DNA of 17,986 bases from a virus (lineage: Duplodnaviria > Heunggongvirae > Uroviricota > Caudoviricetes). The stretch's first letter is position 1; every line of letters begins with the position of its first letter. Where the stretch lies: IMG/VR virus record IMGVR_UViG_2667528065_000005, one strand, 5' to 3'. Positions 16,836 through 17,986 of the stretch are shown here, piece after piece. Position numbers and translations under genes: made by a program. The notes below the pieces were generated by a model that ran no database searches, was not told where the DNA came from, and worked only from the letters and a program-made list of their open reading frames with translations.

Positions 16836-16873
16836 CCAGCCCGGTGTTCGGGTACCGGGCTGGTCGTTCTTTC
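16836..16873 (+). terminator. GC-rich hairpin (ccagcccgg / ccgggctgg, 10-nt loop) followed by a T-rich tract; terminator- or attenuator-like
   Basis: Read directly; function uncertain because no plus-strand gene ends just upstream. Confidence 0.3.
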
Positions 16874-16977
16874 AAAGTCATCATGCAGTGCACGTTTACA
16901 TCTTCACTATTAACGCTGTTTAAAATCCGTATCCCGCCACATTTGTGATGCTGTCTCCACCAAACGAGGAGACACAC

Positions 16978-17328
16978 ATGAAAAACCTGAAAAAATTCAT
17001 TCCCCCTGTTAAAAAACCTCGCCTCAGCGGCTGGCTGCTGACCTCAGTGCTGTTGCTGGGCATCATCGCTCTGGTCTCGCCACAGCAGTTGCCTGTTGTG
17101 ATCTACAAGCTGGCACTTATCACGCTGGCAGCAGTGCTGGGTTACTGGCTTGACCGTTCGCTCTTCCCCAAAGCCCGTCCCGGTCAGTACCTGAAACATG
17201 ACGACAGGCTGATGGCTGAAGGGCGTTTCCCGGTACAGACCGGCCTTCACCTGGTGTTTTCTGCTGCGTTAATCCGCCGTGCACTGATTGTTGCAGCGGT
17301 CTGCCTGGCTGTGGCAACAGGACTGTGA
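16978..17328 (+). CDS. Small membrane protein with about three TM segments; holin-like candidate, first gene of the lysis cassette
   Basis: Start MKNLKKFIPP preceded by GAGGAG. Hydrophobic segments WLLTSVLLLGIIALV, VIYKLALITLAAVLGYWL, ALIVAAVCLAVATGL. Directly upstream of the transglycosylase gene. Confidence 0.5.
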   Translation: MKNLKKFIPPVKKPRLSGWLLTSVLLLGIIALVSPQQLPVVIYKLALITLAAVLGYWLDRSLFPKARPGQYLKHDDRLMAEGRFPVQTGLHLVFSAALIRRALIVAAVCLAVATGL

Positions 17329-17330
17329 CC

Positions 17331-17986
17331 ATGAACTGGCCTCAAATCACCCTCATTATTCTGTTCGCCTTTGGTCTGGGCGTAACCGCCATCAGACACG
17401 GAGAACCACGTAACGATAAATACAGCTTCTGGTGGCAGCTTGCTGGCAACCTGGTGATTGTCTGGCTGCTCTGGTGTGGCGGCTTTTTCAGCCAGGCATG
17501 CGCAGCGCAGCCCCCGCAGGCTGCGCTGCAGTATCGCGATGATGTGATCCGTAATGCCCGGCTTGAATGGGGACTGTCTGCGCCGGTGGCCGATTTCGCC
17601 GCGCAACTGCATCAGGAAAGCGGCTGGCGACCTGATGCGATCTCGCCGGCTGGCGCTCAGGGACTGGCGCAGTTCATGCCTGCCACTGCCGACTGGATAA
17701 GCCAGTTGATACCGATGCTGAGCAGTCGTGAGCCGTTTAATCCGGCATGGGCTATCCGGGCGCTGGTCAGCTATGACCGCTGGCTGTGGCAGCGTGTCAG
17801 CGCCGCCAGTGACTGCGAGCGTATGGCCATGACACTGTCGGGCTATAACGGTGGTCTGGGCTGGGTACAACGGGACAGGCGGCTTGCATCACAGAAAGGT
17901 CTGGACAGCACCCGCTGGTTCGGACATGTCGCCACGGTGAATGCCGGACGCAATGCGGCCAGCTGGCGGGAGAACCGCCATTATCC
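17331..17986 (+). CDS. Lytic transglycosylase (SLT-domain) endolysin with N-terminal hydrophobic segments, possibly SAR-type; 3' end beyond window
   Basis: Own translation from the ATG at 17331: MNWPQITLIILFAFGLGVTAIRHG...WWQLAGNLVIVWLLWCGGFF... then the SLT catalytic region QESGWRPDAISPAGAQGLAQFMPATA. Open to the window edge; not in the ORF track because it has no stop. Confidence 0.75.
   Translation, partial: MNWPQITLIILFAFGLGVTAIRHGEPRNDKYSFWWQLAGNLVIVWLLWCGGFFSQACAAQPPQAALQYRDDVIRNARLEWGLSAPVADFAAQLHQESGWRPDAISPAGAQGLAQFMPATADWISQLIPMLSSREPFNPAWAIRALVSYDRWLWQRVSAASDCERMAMTLSGYNGGLGWVQRDRRLASQKGLDSTRWFGHVATVNAGRNAASWRENRHY

Noticed and set aside
17247-17870. 207-aa minus-strand ORF
   Set aside because: Antisense to the plus-strand SLT-domain endolysin frame, which has a recognisable catalytic motif and a proper start.

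Overview
The window has two parts. Bases 1-4777 look like the Escherichia-type melR-adiA-adiY-adiC chromosomal locus (arginine-dependent acid resistance). melR is intact, but adiA, adiY and adiC are each broken by short tandem duplications (11-33 bp) and small indels, so all three read as pseudogenes as given. From about 4778 to the window end is one arm of a Mu-like transposable prophage inserted inside adiC. It carries a leftward early operon (Ner-like, DDE transposase, MuB-like ATPase, Gam, MazG-like, GemA-like, Mor-like), a divergent XRE-type repressor, then cargo, a convergent Dam-type methyltransferase and the start of a lysis cassette. The best candidate for an undescribed system is the two-gene cargo directly downstream of the repressor: a divergent YejK/NdpA-like nucleoid-associated protein coupled to a 401-aa protein with C-terminal transmembrane helices, in an AT-rich block, placed like lambda cI-rexA-rexB. 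All family calls are from reading the translations and recalled motifs; no searches were run. No tRNA, rRNA or CRISPR array was seen.
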